Below are positions 18,295-27,737 of a DNA stretch of 64,000 nucleotides, piece after piece (the stretch's first letter is position 1; each line of letters begins with the position of its first letter). This DNA is from a virus (Duplodnaviria; Caudoviricetes): positions 10,662 to 74,661 of IMG/VR virus record IMGVR_UViG_3300037424_000224. One strand, given 5' to 3'. Below the pieces are notes generated by a model, which saw only the letters and a list, made by a program, of their open reading frames with translations, did no database searches and was not told the DNA's origin. The translations under genes and the position numbers were made by a program.

Positions 18295-19814
18295 CAAAAA
18301 TAGAAGAAGTAGAAAAAGTAAAAGAATCCCCCAAATTCTTACAGGCAGTTTCAGCAGTTATGAATACATCTGAAATTGCTATGAATAATATTTGGGGAGC
18401 TAACTCAGGTTTAGCATTTATAGATAAAATGGAGATTCCAAAAGATTATTATAAACAGGTTGATACCTGTAGATTTTTCTTTTTGAGAGACCCCATTGTA
18501 TCTGGAACAATTAATAAACAAATTGAGATAGCATTTAATGATTTAAAGCCTCGTCAGGGTAATACCAAAGACGAGGAGTTTGAAGTTTATAAGTATTGTA
18601 ATGATGTGATATTAGAAGCAATGAAAATAGTTTCTATGGAATATTTAGTCTCAGGACTAATTGTTCCTGAGATTGCCTGGAAAACTGTAACTGGTAAAGA
18701 AATTGGACTAAAAAATCGACCTAATCGAAGATATGAAATTCCTGACTATATTTGGTTACGACCGTGCGAGAATCTGGTAATCAAACCAACTCCTATTCCT
18801 GGAAGAATTAGAATTTTTGCTAAAGTCTCAATGGAGGATATTTTCTTTTTGAAAAATAATGGTCAATATATGGATGGTACGAAAGATGTTGACCTTTATA
18901 AACAGATTTTACAGGATTATCCAGACTACGTAAAAAGGGTACAAAATGGTGAAACTGAAATTGAACTTTCAGACCATTTTAGTATTCGTAGAAAAGTACA
19001 GGCTGGAAGTATATTCCCAACCCCCTACTTGCTCCCCGCATTAGAGTCCCTCATGCACAAACGTAACCTAAAGAAAATGGATTACTCAATTGCCTCAAGA
19101 GTTATTGGTGCAATTCAGTTAATTACTTTAGGCGATAAAGACTTTCCTCTAACTGAAGATGATAAGGATTCTTTAGATGACCTCAAAGAACAAATGCGTT
19201 GGCGATCATCTCCCGGTAATATGGAAAGAGTATTTCAGCTCTTTGGTAATCATACTATTAAGATTAGTTGGATTTATCCAGATACATCTGCTATGTTGGA
19301 TGAGGGTAAATATTCCTCAGTTAATCACGATATTTTGTACGCTTTAGGTATTCCTAATATTATTACAACTGGTGAAAACTTAAGAAGTGCCTCCTCACAA
19401 GCTGAATTTGCATTACTTCCACCAGCGGAAACTCTTAGAAATTTAAGAAACGAAATTATACCTTTTGTTAAATACATCTATAATCAAATTATGGATAAGA
19501 ACGGGTTTATGGATATAGCTAAACCTAAGATGTCTCCTATTCGACTCTATGACCCCGCTAAGATGGCAACAATCGGTGAAACTCTATATAATAATGGCGC
19601 TTTGTCAAAGACTACTTGGGACGAACTAACGGTAATGGACCTAGAATTTGGTGATGAATTAGTCCAGAGAAAAGCAGATGATTCTGAAACTAAACGATTA
19701 GGACTAGAACCAAGCCCTCAAGTGCCATATTCTTCACCATCTATTGGAGCTCCAAAACCACCGTCACCAAGTACAAAATCCCCCTCTAAAACCCCTGCAA
19801 CTACTAAAAACTAG
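18285..19814 (+). CDS. Portal protein
   Basis: 509 aa, directly after TerL, helical, Pro/Ser/Thr tail. Confidence 0.8.
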   Translation: MAMTKIEEVEKVKESPKFLQAVSAVMNTSEIAMNNIWGANSGLAFIDKMEIPKDYYKQVDTCRFFFLRDPIVSGTINKQIEIAFNDLKPRQGNTKDEEFEVYKYCNDVILEAMKIVSMEYLVSGLIVPEIAWKTVTGKEIGLKNRPNRRYEIPDYIWLRPCENLVIKPTPIPGRIRIFAKVSMEDIFFLKNNGQYMDGTKDVDLYKQILQDYPDYVKRVQNGETEIELSDHFSIRRKVQAGSIFPTPYLLPALESLMHKRNLKKMDYSIASRVIGAIQLITLGDKDFPLTEDDKDSLDDLKEQMRWRSSPGNMERVFQLFGNHTIKISWIYPDTSAMLDEGKYSSVNHDILYALGIPNIITTGENLRSASSQAEFALLPPAETLRNLRNEIIPFVKYIYNQIMDKNGFMDIAKPKMSPIRLYDPAKMATIGETLYNNGALSKTTWDELTVMDLEFGDELVQRKADDSETKRLGLEPSPQVPYSSPSIGAPKPPSPSTKSPSKTPATTKN

Positions 19815-19830
19815 GTAATTTTGACTAAAT

Positions 19831-19860
19831 TAGGAACAAAATCCGCCAATTTTGTTCCTA
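19831..19860. terminator. 12-bp-arm inverted repeat TAGGAACAAAAT-CCGCCA-ATTTTGTTCCTA (attenuator/processing hairpin)
   Basis: Intergenic between portal and protease genes. Confidence 0.5.
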
Positions 19861-19885
19861 AATACCCCTAATATGGTGTAGATAG

Positions 19886-20836
19886 GTGATATATAATATG
19901 ACAGAAAAATTAATAACGATTCAATCAACCGCTATTTTTGATAGGGAAGCATTAGCTTCAGTACAAAGTCCCATACTTTCTAAGTTAAACTTTGTTTTTA
20001 CTGATGATAAACCTAATGCCAATAAACAAGGTGTCCCTTTAAAGGCGTTTGATAATTTAATAGATACAGGAATTCTCATGCCAGTGAAGATGGCTGAGGG
20101 TGGTATTAGTCGGGGTCACGCCGGAACAACACCACTAGGGGTAATTGCTGGAATGAGCAAGAACCTTTCTGACGACACAAATCAGGTATTGGGAAACGCC
20201 GCTTTGTGGTCTAAAGAACGTCCAGAAGATATAAATCTACTTAAAGAGTGCTACGCATCGGGCGATCCAGTAAACATTTCGTGGGAACTTGTTTATACGG
20301 ACTCAACCATAGATGAAGATGGTGTCGAGTGGATTAATGACCCAATTGTTCGGTCAGCTACTATTGTCGGCTCACCTGCATATATGGGACGAACCCCAAT
20401 GACAAGTGTAGCCTCAAATGAGGAAAACATGGAAGAATTAGAACAAGTAAAGGCAGACCTATTAGCAGCCCAGTCACAAATTACGGCTCTAACGGAAACC
20501 TTAGCAACCTCTAATGCAGAACTAGAAGGATTACGGACTTACAAGGCCAGTGCAGAACTAAAAGAGCAAGAATCTGCACTATTAAGTGCAAGATTATCTG
20601 CCTTTGCCGAAGTTGGTATTCAGTACACTCCCGAAGATGTAGAAGCTAAGAAAGCAATGTGGTTGAAGTTAGACCAAGAATCATTTGACTATTTAGTTTC
20701 TGAACTAAAAACATCCAAGTCTGCAAAAGAAACAGAAGCAAGTACAAAAACAGAAGTACCAGCTCCTATTGTAACTACAAAAACTAAAACAAGTTTTGAG
20801 TTAGTTCAAGAGGGCTTGGCACTATTAAAGAAATAG
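19886..20836 (+). CDS. Prohead protease/scaffold fusion
   Basis: N-terminal NANKQG..GH..PLGVI..SWEL beta domain, C-terminal coiled coil; position between portal and capsid genes. Confidence 0.65.
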   Translation: MIYNMTEKLITIQSTAIFDREALASVQSPILSKLNFVFTDDKPNANKQGVPLKAFDNLIDTGILMPVKMAEGGISRGHAGTTPLGVIAGMSKNLSDDTNQVLGNAALWSKERPEDINLLKECYASGDPVNISWELVYTDSTIDEDGVEWINDPIVRSATIVGSPAYMGRTPMTSVASNEENMEELEQVKADLLAAQSQITALTETLATSNAELEGLRTYKASAELKEQESALLSARLSAFAEVGIQYTPEDVEAKKAMWLKLDQESFDYLVSELKTSKSAKETEASTKTEVPAPIVTTKTKTSFELVQEGLALLKK

Positions 20837-20848
20837 AGGATTATAATA

Positions 20849-21412
20849 ATGGAAATTAATCGTTTTGATAACGCATTAGGCGCAGTTGCTCTAGCAGATG
20901 TCAAAGAAGGCTTAATGGTTGTGAGGGTAGACGACGGTGCTGGAAATCCAGCAGCCAGAGTTCCAGCTACACAAGCGGAAGCCATTCAGGCTCGTTGGGT
21001 TGCAGTTTGGCCTCAGAATTATATGCCAATGCCCGGCCCATTAGCTTGGCCTGCCACCGCTGGTGGATTCTCATTGAGAGAAGGCGCATTTGATGTCGCA
21101 CAGAATAATCAGCCTATGGTAACAAATATCTGGTTAACCTATCCAGGTATGCAAGAAGGTACAACCATTCCTAGTGGTTACGACCTCGTAACTCACGGTG
21201 GTGGTGAAGGTACTTATACAGTTGAATCTGGCATGTTTGTAGTTAGTTCTAATCTAACAGTTGGTGCTAAACTAGAGGCACTAAATACAGCCGATGACAC
21301 TACAAATGCTGGTAAACTAAGTTATACGACAGTAGACGCAGACGCAGTTGCTTACGTAGTTAAATACGACGCAACAAACTTCCGCCTAACTTTCCGCACC
21401 CGTGAACTATAA
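20849..21412 (+). CDS. Capsid decoration/minor head protein
   Basis: 187 aa beta-rich ORF immediately upstream of the MCP. Confidence 0.55.
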   Translation: MEINRFDNALGAVALADVKEGLMVVRVDDGAGNPAARVPATQAEAIQARWVAVWPQNYMPMPGPLAWPATAGGFSLREGAFDVAQNNQPMVTNIWLTYPGMQEGTTIPSGYDLVTHGGGEGTYTVESGMFVVSSNLTVGAKLEALNTADDTTNAGKLSYTTVDADAVAYVVKYDATNFRLTFRTREL

Positions 21413-21422
21413 GGTGAACATA

Positions 21423-22352
21423 ATGGAAAATAAAGAAATTACTCAAGAATTTAAAGATGCTTATTCGGCAGTAGCCAAAGATAAGAGTCAGAGAGATGCT
21501 TTTTCTGAACTAATTGTCAAATGGATTCAGCCAAATCACCTAAGTTCAAATCTAGTTAGCCTATTCCTAAATACTCGCAGTATAAAATCTGGCGATGCTA
21601 TGGTCTACAAAGTTCGTAGAGGAATGGAAGTTCGTAAGTTAGTACCTGGTACTATCCCACTACAGAGTGAAGTTGCTGTAAACGATAGAATCAATTACGC
21701 CGTCGAGTTCGCTCAGGTCGGCCTAACCTATAATCTTTGGGAACTAGAATCCGGTGAAATCGGTACTCTAGGTGAACTACAGAATGAAATGCGAGCAAAA
21801 CTATCTGATTACTATGTTAATCGGGTATTTACGGCTCTTTCGACAATTTGGAGTACCGTAAATACTCCTACTAACTACACCAATGTTGGTGGTACAGTTA
21901 CTGCTACAGCCCTCAAGAACGCTATTGATAACATCAATCTAAAGGTCGGTCGTGTTCGTGCAGTAGTTGGTACTCGTAAGGCGTTGACTCCCATCACCAC
22001 TTTTGGTGCTGGTTGGGATACAACTACAGCCGCAGGTACAACTCAGCAAGCCAATTACCCAGCTCTAAACGAGATTTGGCAAACTGGCTGGCTAGGTCGT
22101 TACTATGGTGCACCAATTGTTGCACTAGACCAGATTTATGATAATCCTATCGACTACAGAGCCATGCTCCCAGAAGATAAGATTCTTGTAATTGGTGAAA
22201 ATGTTGGTGAGTTCCTAATGTACGGGGATGTCAAGTCTCAAAACTATGACAGAATGGATGTAATTCCACCTCAGTATATGTTAAACATTTTTCAATCTTT
22301 TGGCTTAGTAGTTACTAATGCCCAAGGTATACATATCTTAAAAGTTAGTTAG
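21423..22352 (+). CDS. Major capsid protein (unspliced form; exon 1 ends at 22290, spliced exon 2 = 23387-23448)
   Basis: AAGGTGA RBS then ATG 21423; about 310 aa; head-module position; C-terminus duplicated across the intron. Confidence 0.85.
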   Translation: MENKEITQEFKDAYSAVAKDKSQRDAFSELIVKWIQPNHLSSNLVSLFLNTRSIKSGDAMVYKVRRGMEVRKLVPGTIPLQSEVAVNDRINYAVEFAQVGLTYNLWELESGEIGTLGELQNEMRAKLSDYYVNRVFTALSTIWSTVNTPTNYTNVGGTVTATALKNAIDNINLKVGRVRAVVGTRKALTPITTFGAGWDTTTAAGTTQQANYPALNEIWQTGWLGRYYGAPIVALDQIYDNPIDYRAMLPEDKILVIGENVGEFLMYGDVKSQNYDRMDVIPPQYMLNIFQSFGLVVTNAQGIHILKVS

Positions 22353-23386
22353 AAATGAAGAAACTTTTTTCAGAAGAGGATGATTTGCTACTGAAAAAAT
22401 TCTATGCAGAAAAAACAAATAAAGAACTAGTTGAATTACTAAACGGACAGTTTTCCAGAGACCAAATCAAATGGAGAGCAAAAAGTCTAAAATTAAGTAA
22501 ACTTCCTGAAACAAACTTAAAATCACAACAGACTAGAAATACTTGTTGGAAAGAGTGGGAAGTAGAAATAGTTAAAAGACACTATCCAAATGAAGGTTAC
22601 TTGGGATGTTTAAAATATCTACCCAATAGAACTGAACAACAAATTACATACAAAGCACAGCGATTACATATAAAAGTTTCTGAGGAACGCCGTTTACAAG
22701 TACAGTCCACTTATTACGGCGTGGCTAAACATACAGAAGAAACTAAACAAAAGATGTCACTAGCACGTCTTGGTAAGCCATTTACACAAGAACATATTGA
22801 TAACTTAAGAAAGTCCTGTAAGCGGGGTATAGAACATCCCAATTATAAACATGGGCAATCAAAGAATCAGTATCCAGATGTTTTTAATATTCCTTTAAAA
22901 GCAAAGATACAAAAACGTGACCATTATCAGTGCCAAGTATGTAAAAAGAAGCCCTCTTGGGGCAAATTAGTAATTCACCATATAGATCATAATAAAGAAA
23001 ATTGCATAGAAACTAACTTAATTACTTTGTGTCGGTCTTGTCATGGAAAGTATCATAGTCCATACAATAGAGACCAGTTAAAGCAACAACAAGACTTTAA
23101 CGACATTATTAGCGGTCAAAAGAAGAATGTAATAGATGGTAACATCTATTTAGCAACAGACCAAATTGCTGGAAACTCTGGGGATATTCAATTAGTTACC
23201 GAAATCAGTAATGATATACGGCAATCTGAAAATATTGAATTGCAGACAATCAGCAGCCAAGTATCCTGAAGGGATAAAGGTTCAACGACTAGAGGGTTTG
23301 CTCCTATTTATAGGATGATAGTATAGTCTGGTCTTATTAGCGATAATAAGAGTTGGAAGATAACCGACTTCCAGAGTAACAGCAAG
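22291..23386 (+). mobile_element. Group I (IA-like) intron in major capsid gene
   Basis: P AAATTGCTGGAAA, Q AATCAGCAGCC, R GTTCAACGACTA, S GTATAGTCT. P1: exon ACATTT (22285-90) with GAATGT (23125-30), U.G at the splice site. P2 AATAGATG-GTAA-CATCTATT. Omega G at 23386. Confidence 0.85.
22355..23269 (+). CDS. Intron-encoded HNH homing endonuclease with NUMOD3 and helical DNA-binding repeats
   Basis: HTEETKQKMS (NUMOD3), CQVC...IHHIDHNKENCIETNLITLCRSCH; ORF reads into the ribozyme core. Confidence 0.88.
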   Translation: MKKLFSEEDDLLLKKFYAEKTNKELVELLNGQFSRDQIKWRAKSLKLSKLPETNLKSQQTRNTCWKEWEVEIVKRHYPNEGYLGCLKYLPNRTEQQITYKAQRLHIKVSEERRLQVQSTYYGVAKHTEETKQKMSLARLGKPFTQEHIDNLRKSCKRGIEHPNYKHGQSKNQYPDVFNIPLKAKIQKRDHYQCQVCKKKPSWGKLVIHHIDHNKENCIETNLITLCRSCHGKYHSPYNRDQLKQQQDFNDIISGQKKNVIDGNIYLATDQIAGNSGDIQLVTEISNDIRQSENIELQTISSQVS

Positions 23387-23448
23387 ATCAACAGTTCGGT
23401 CTTATTGTAACAAACGCGCAGGGAATTCACGTCTTAAAGGTTAGCTAA
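23387..23448 (+). CDS. Major capsid protein exon 2 (T|AT CAA CAG...: YQQFGLIVTNAQGIHVLKVS*)
   Basis: In-frame continuation after splicing 22290|23387. Confidence 0.8.
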
Positions 23449-23468
23449 TTTCCCTTTTGGGAGTATTA

Positions 23469-23505
23469 TAAGGGAGAGTTACTAAAATGACTCTCCCTTA
23501 TTTTG
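23469..23505 (+). terminator. Rho-independent terminator after capsid locus
   Basis: TAAGGGAGAGTTA-CTAAAA-TGACTCTCCCTTA then TTTTG. Confidence 0.8.
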
Positions 23506-23524
23506 TATAAGGATAGGTAAGGAT

Positions 23525-24010
23525 ATGGAAAATAACATGAATCAAATAGCGTCACTTATGTCTAAAGAACCATATAAACGCTATATTAAAGCAACACTAG
23601 GCAGAGTAGTAGTTAAGATTCTAGACCCGATCACAGGACAGCAGGTAGAAGTAGTTCTATCAGGCGATCCTAAACTAAAGGAAGAATCTTGTATTTTAGA
23701 TTTGTGGACTTCTACTGAGCAAACTTATTTTGAAAGAAATAATAAACAGATTTTAGGGGAAGGACTTTTGGTAGATTTTAAAGAGTCTATTGAAGCAGTT
23801 CCTACTGCAAATAATGTTACTGATACTCAGATTGTAGACGCCCTGACAGGTAAGTTTTTCCAAGTAAAGAAACTACTTGATGGCTTCACTAGCACAGCTC
23901 CCGTAGAAAGAATGCTTACTCTAGCAGAAGAAATGAATCGACCAGTTAAGACTATTGATGCAATCAAAGGTAAACTAGCAGAACTTCAAATTTCAGAATA
24001 CGAAAAGTAA
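23525..24010 (+). CDS. Hypothetical head-module protein
   Basis: Strong RBS; morphogenesis context. Confidence 0.6.
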   Translation: MENNMNQIASLMSKEPYKRYIKATLGRVVVKILDPITGQQVEVVLSGDPKLKEESCILDLWTSTEQTYFERNNKQILGEGLLVDFKESIEAVPTANNVTDTQIVDALTGKFFQVKKLLDGFTSTAPVERMLTLAEEMNRPVKTIDAIKGKLAELQISEYEK

Positions 24011-24028
24011 AGTAACAAAGGCTCGAAA

Positions 24029-24598
24029 ATGACAACATTATTGACAAATGCAACTTTTGAAATAGGATACCCAAGTGATTTAGACTATTTGCTTGGCTCA
24101 TTAAGAGTTCATATAGGGGATATTGAATCCCCCTATGACTTTTCTGATGGTCTATTAAGAAAGTGTTTAGTAGATGGATTTAAATCCCTAGATAAACGCT
24201 GGCAAAGACGCTATGATATACTGGCCTCTGGTATTTCTTCAATCTCTGGAATAGATTACAGTTATTATTCTATTGTTAGAACTCTAGATTATAACTTTAC
24301 AGATATAGAACCACCAATAATTCAAGTAGAAGATGAACTACCTATAGTTTTAATGGCCTCTATTATATTAAAGAGGGGCTTACTACATAAAATGTCAAAA
24401 GGGCTGGGTTCTTGGAGAGATGACGAAATTTCTATGTCTAACATAGCAAGTGGTCAAACTTTAGAAATGACATTAAAAATGGATGTATCTGAACTAGAGT
24501 CCATACTTCCATCAAGAGCCAGAAAACTCGCGCGTGGAATCAAGCAGTCGTTACCTGGCTTCAAGTACCCATCAAATTATTACGAAGGCGAATATTAG
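24029..24598 (+). CDS. Head-tail adaptor (connector) protein
   Basis: LRVHIGD...FSD.. motif typical of adaptors; synteny. Confidence 0.55.
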   Translation: MTTLLTNATFEIGYPSDLDYLLGSLRVHIGDIESPYDFSDGLLRKCLVDGFKSLDKRWQRRYDILASGISSISGIDYSYYSIVRTLDYNFTDIEPPIIQVEDELPIVLMASIILKRGLLHKMSKGLGSWRDDEISMSNIASGQTLEMTLKMDVSELESILPSRARKLARGIKQSLPGFKYPSNYYEGEY

Positions 24599-24623
24599 AT
24601 TTTAAAAGGTAAGGTAAAGGAAT

Positions 24624-25805
24624 ATGAAAAAAGTATTAGTAGTAGGAGATGGTGGAGTGGCAACTGGATTTTCTCGTGTACTCCATTCTATCATCGATAA
24701 CTTTCCAGATGAAAGTTACGAATTTCATCATTTAGCAGTTAATTATAGAGGTGACCCATATAAGGTAAAGAATCCCAATCATTATTTATATCCCGCCATG
24801 TTAGGTGGAGATATATATGGTATGGGAAGGATTCAGAGTTTATTAGCTAATATTGAGCCGGATATAATTTTTATACTGAACGATTTATGGGGTATAGAAG
24901 CATATTTACAGAGACTTAGTGAACATGACCTAAAAAAGGTAGTTGTATACTTTCCAGTAGATGGAACTTACAGTGATAAACAATGGCTTAATAACTTTAA
25001 TAAGTTAGGGGCAGTTGTATCCTACACTAAATTTGGTAAAGACGAAGTATCTATCTTAGACCCAAGTTTGGATGTTAAAATTATTCCACATGGAACTGAT
25101 ACTAGTGTTTTCTTTCCAGTTGATAAAAATTATGCTAGAAATGTTTTAAAAGTCATCTCAGCTGACGACTTTGTAGTATTTAATGGTAATAGAAATCAAC
25201 CAAGAAAACGTATTGATTTAACTATTGAAGCATTTGCTAAGTTTGCACAGAATAAACCAGATAATGTAAAGCTTTATTTACATATGGGAGTACAAGATTC
25301 CGGCTGGGACATTAAAAAGATGTCAGCTCGGTACGGAATTTTAGATAGGGTAATTATAACGAGTGAGAGATTATCTCCACAAACATCAGTTCCAGTAGAG
25401 ATGTTAAATATAATATATAATTCTTGCGACATTGGCATAAACACATCAATGGGGGAAGGCTGGGGCTTAGTAAATGTAGAACATGCAGTTACTGGGGCGG
25501 CACAAATAGTACCCAATAGCTCAGCTTGTGCTGAAATTTTTAAGGACTGTGGAGCATTAATTGATATTGACCATTACGATACTCACCCTAATATTCTTAC
25601 TGTTGGGGCAGTTATAAATACTGATTATGCAGCATTTTTATTAGATTACCTATATAAGAATCCTACACAAAGACAAAACTTAGGTGACTCAGCACAAATA
25701 AAATTTAGTAGTCCAGAATATAGTTGGAAAGAAATTTCTAAACAGTGGTTGGACTTATTCGAGAAGGTCATAAATGATAACTTGGCCCGCACAACTAGTA
25801 AATGA
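24624..25805 (+). CDS. Glycosyltransferase family 4
   Basis: TGFSRV, NRNQPRKRID, EGWGLVNVEHAVTG (Ex7E), YSWKEIS. Confidence 0.9.
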   Translation: MKKVLVVGDGGVATGFSRVLHSIIDNFPDESYEFHHLAVNYRGDPYKVKNPNHYLYPAMLGGDIYGMGRIQSLLANIEPDIIFILNDLWGIEAYLQRLSEHDLKKVVVYFPVDGTYSDKQWLNNFNKLGAVVSYTKFGKDEVSILDPSLDVKIIPHGTDTSVFFPVDKNYARNVLKVISADDFVVFNGNRNQPRKRIDLTIEAFAKFAQNKPDNVKLYLHMGVQDSGWDIKKMSARYGILDRVIITSERLSPQTSVPVEMLNIIYNSCDIGINTSMGEGWGLVNVEHAVTGAAQIVPNSSACAEIFKDCGALIDIDHYDTHPNILTVGAVINTDYAAFLLDYLYKNPTQRQNLGDSAQIKFSSPEYSWKEISKQWLDLFEKVINDNLARTTSK

Positions 25806-26226
25806 TACAATAGAAGAAATAAGAAATGCAATCGGTAGGCCAGTAATTTTTAATATTAGAGTTTCTGGTATTGGGTGTACTTATAGTGGTTGTTTTTTAG
25901 ACCCAATTACTAATTTATCTGTTGACCCGTGGTGTCCAGAATGTCATGGAACTTATTGGAAGGATACGATTTCAGGAATTACAATTTCTGGTCATGTGCT
26001 TTGGGGAACTGCTGAATCTCCCTATATTCGGTCTGGTGGAATTATTCCAGAGGGTGATTGCAAAGTAACTATTGTGTTTAGTAGTGTTAATGAAAAATAT
26101 GTAAAAGATGCAGAAGGGTTTATTGTAGATGGAAAGTCTATGAGCCTTAAATCCTACAGACTAAGGGGAGTTCCGACACCCAACCGTCTTGCAATTTTCA
26201 TGACGGAGGAAGGAAATAATGGATAA
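25774..26226 (+). CDS. Head closure/stopper-like protein with Cys cluster
   Basis: CTYSGC...CPECHGT then beta-rich domain; synteny. Confidence 0.5.
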   Translation: MITWPAQLVNDTIEEIRNAIGRPVIFNIRVSGIGCTYSGCFLDPITNLSVDPWCPECHGTYWKDTISGITISGHVLWGTAESPYIRSGGIIPEGDCKVTIVFSSVNEKYVKDAEGFIVDGKSMSLKSYRLRGVPTPNRLAIFMTEEGNNG

Positions 26227-26425
26227 TGAAATTGATATGCTAGTAGTTATTGGACTACTAGGGAAGATTAAAGACACTTACTTAAACTTACTTTTAAGAG
26301 CAATTAAAGACTTGTACGATGCCAATGGTACACCAGAGTATTTACAGGTTAGAAAGGCTGTTCTTGATTATTTTAATGATTATCACAGAGCATTTATCAA
26401 TGTAGTTACGGATGGGGATATTTGA
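26219..26425 (+). CDS. Hypothetical protein
   Basis: Coupled ORF. Confidence 0.55.
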   Translation: MDNEIDMLVVIGLLGKIKDTYLNLLLRAIKDLYDANGTPEYLQVRKAVLDYFNDYHRAFINVVTDGDI

Positions 26426-27263
26426 AATGTTTGAAGATGTTCAGGACATAGTTAAAAGCATACAATCTGATGTGGATAAAATACTTTCAGTTAATCTGGA
26501 ATATTATGCCCAAGAAGATATAGATAATTTGCTTAGAGAAACTGTCCAAGAATATCTACTTTCTTACGCTCAGGAAGCTGCTCTACAATCAGTTGAGTAC
26601 GCGTATCCACCCCTACTTGAGAGACTGTTAGAAAACTTGTCTAATCCAGAACATGTTGAAGTACAAAACGGTGTAGTGACTAAATGTTTTGATGAAACCG
26701 TTGCTGGCGATGCTAGTGACTTCTATGCCGGTGTAGAAGAAGGTGGTGGACACACTCTCACTGATATGGCTCCGAATATCTGGAAGTATGGAATCTATAC
26801 TCCTAACTCGGCCTGGAAAGGTGGTAAGGGGCCTAGAGTATTTAAGAATCTCCCTAGCTATGAGGATGTAATTGCTGAAAGGCTAGATGCTTGGGGGGAT
26901 AAAGCCCCGTACTGGTATCTACTAGAAAATGGAAATGCTGGTGGCGGCAGAGAGTTTCCTACGATTAGACCTACTCACTTTATTACTAATCTCAGAAGGG
27001 CCGCTAGAAAACTTCAAACTATTGTAACTGATATTATATATGAATTGACGAGTAGCTTTGCAGATGCTCAAGTACAAAAGATTCTAATAGAACCCGGAGC
27101 TGGAACTACTGTAGCAGTTGCTAGAGTAAACATCCCAAGTATAGGATTAAGATTAACAAAATTAAAGACTTCTGCTGGCAATACATTCTATAATTTGAAT
27201 GGAGAAAGGTCATTAACAGCCTCAGAAGCGATGTATCGAATTAAAGGTTTAATGGGGGATTAG
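26412..27263 (+). CDS. Neck/tail-completion-region protein
   Basis: APYWYLLENG motif reminiscent of HK97 gp10-like neck proteins; synteny. Confidence 0.45.
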   Translation: MGIFEMFEDVQDIVKSIQSDVDKILSVNLEYYAQEDIDNLLRETVQEYLLSYAQEAALQSVEYAYPPLLERLLENLSNPEHVEVQNGVVTKCFDETVAGDASDFYAGVEEGGGHTLTDMAPNIWKYGIYTPNSAWKGGKGPRVFKNLPSYEDVIAERLDAWGDKAPYWYLLENGNAGGGREFPTIRPTHFITNLRRAARKLQTIVTDIIYELTSSFADAQVQKILIEPGAGTTVAVARVNIPSIGLRLTKLKTSAGNTFYNLNGERSLTASEAMYRIKGLMGD

Positions 27264-27728
27264 ATGATCCCAAATGAAAGGTTACAAGATCAATCTATTT
27301 ATTACTGGTTGAAGAGTATAGTACCCAGTGGAGTTAATATTACTGACGCTTTTCCCACAAGTGTTAATAGTGCTGACCCTGATTTGGTACTTCCTACAGT
27401 ATCTATAGATGCAGCCCGTACACAAAAAGGCCCACTAGAACTGGGTAATTATGTACAAAAACAAGACCGATTTTGGTCGATAGATGTATTCGCTAAGAAT
27501 AAGACTCAACGTGACGACTTAGCGTACTTAATATCAAACGAGTTGGAAAAGAATATTCCTGTATTCGACTATAATGAAGGATTCCCACCAACATTTAGTC
27601 CAACACAACTCGGTGGATTAGACGTAACAAACATAAATTTACAACCTATTTATGTGTTTAGAGATTTGGTTAAGACCTTATACTGGCGTACAAAAATAAC
27701 TTTTGTAACATTATATAGGTCATTTTAG
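27264..27728 (+). CDS. Tail terminator protein
   Basis: LPTVSID...IDVFAKNKTQRDDLAYLI, gpU-like; precedes the major tail gene. Confidence 0.6.
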   Translation: MIPNERLQDQSIYYWLKSIVPSGVNITDAFPTSVNSADPDLVLPTVSIDAARTQKGPLELGNYVQKQDRFWSIDVFAKNKTQRDDLAYLISNELEKNIPVFDYNEGFPPTFSPTQLGGLDVTNINLQPIYVFRDLVKTLYWRTKITFVTLYRSF

Positions 27729-27737
27729 GAGAAATTC

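Noticed and set aside
22331-22357. Alternative 5' splice site at CAT|ATCTTAAAAGT, resembling the tail intron's 5' end with the same 20-nt spacing to the ATG
   Set aside because: No P1 pairing, and joining it to 23387 gives an out-of-frame tail. The 22290 site has full P1 and restores frame.
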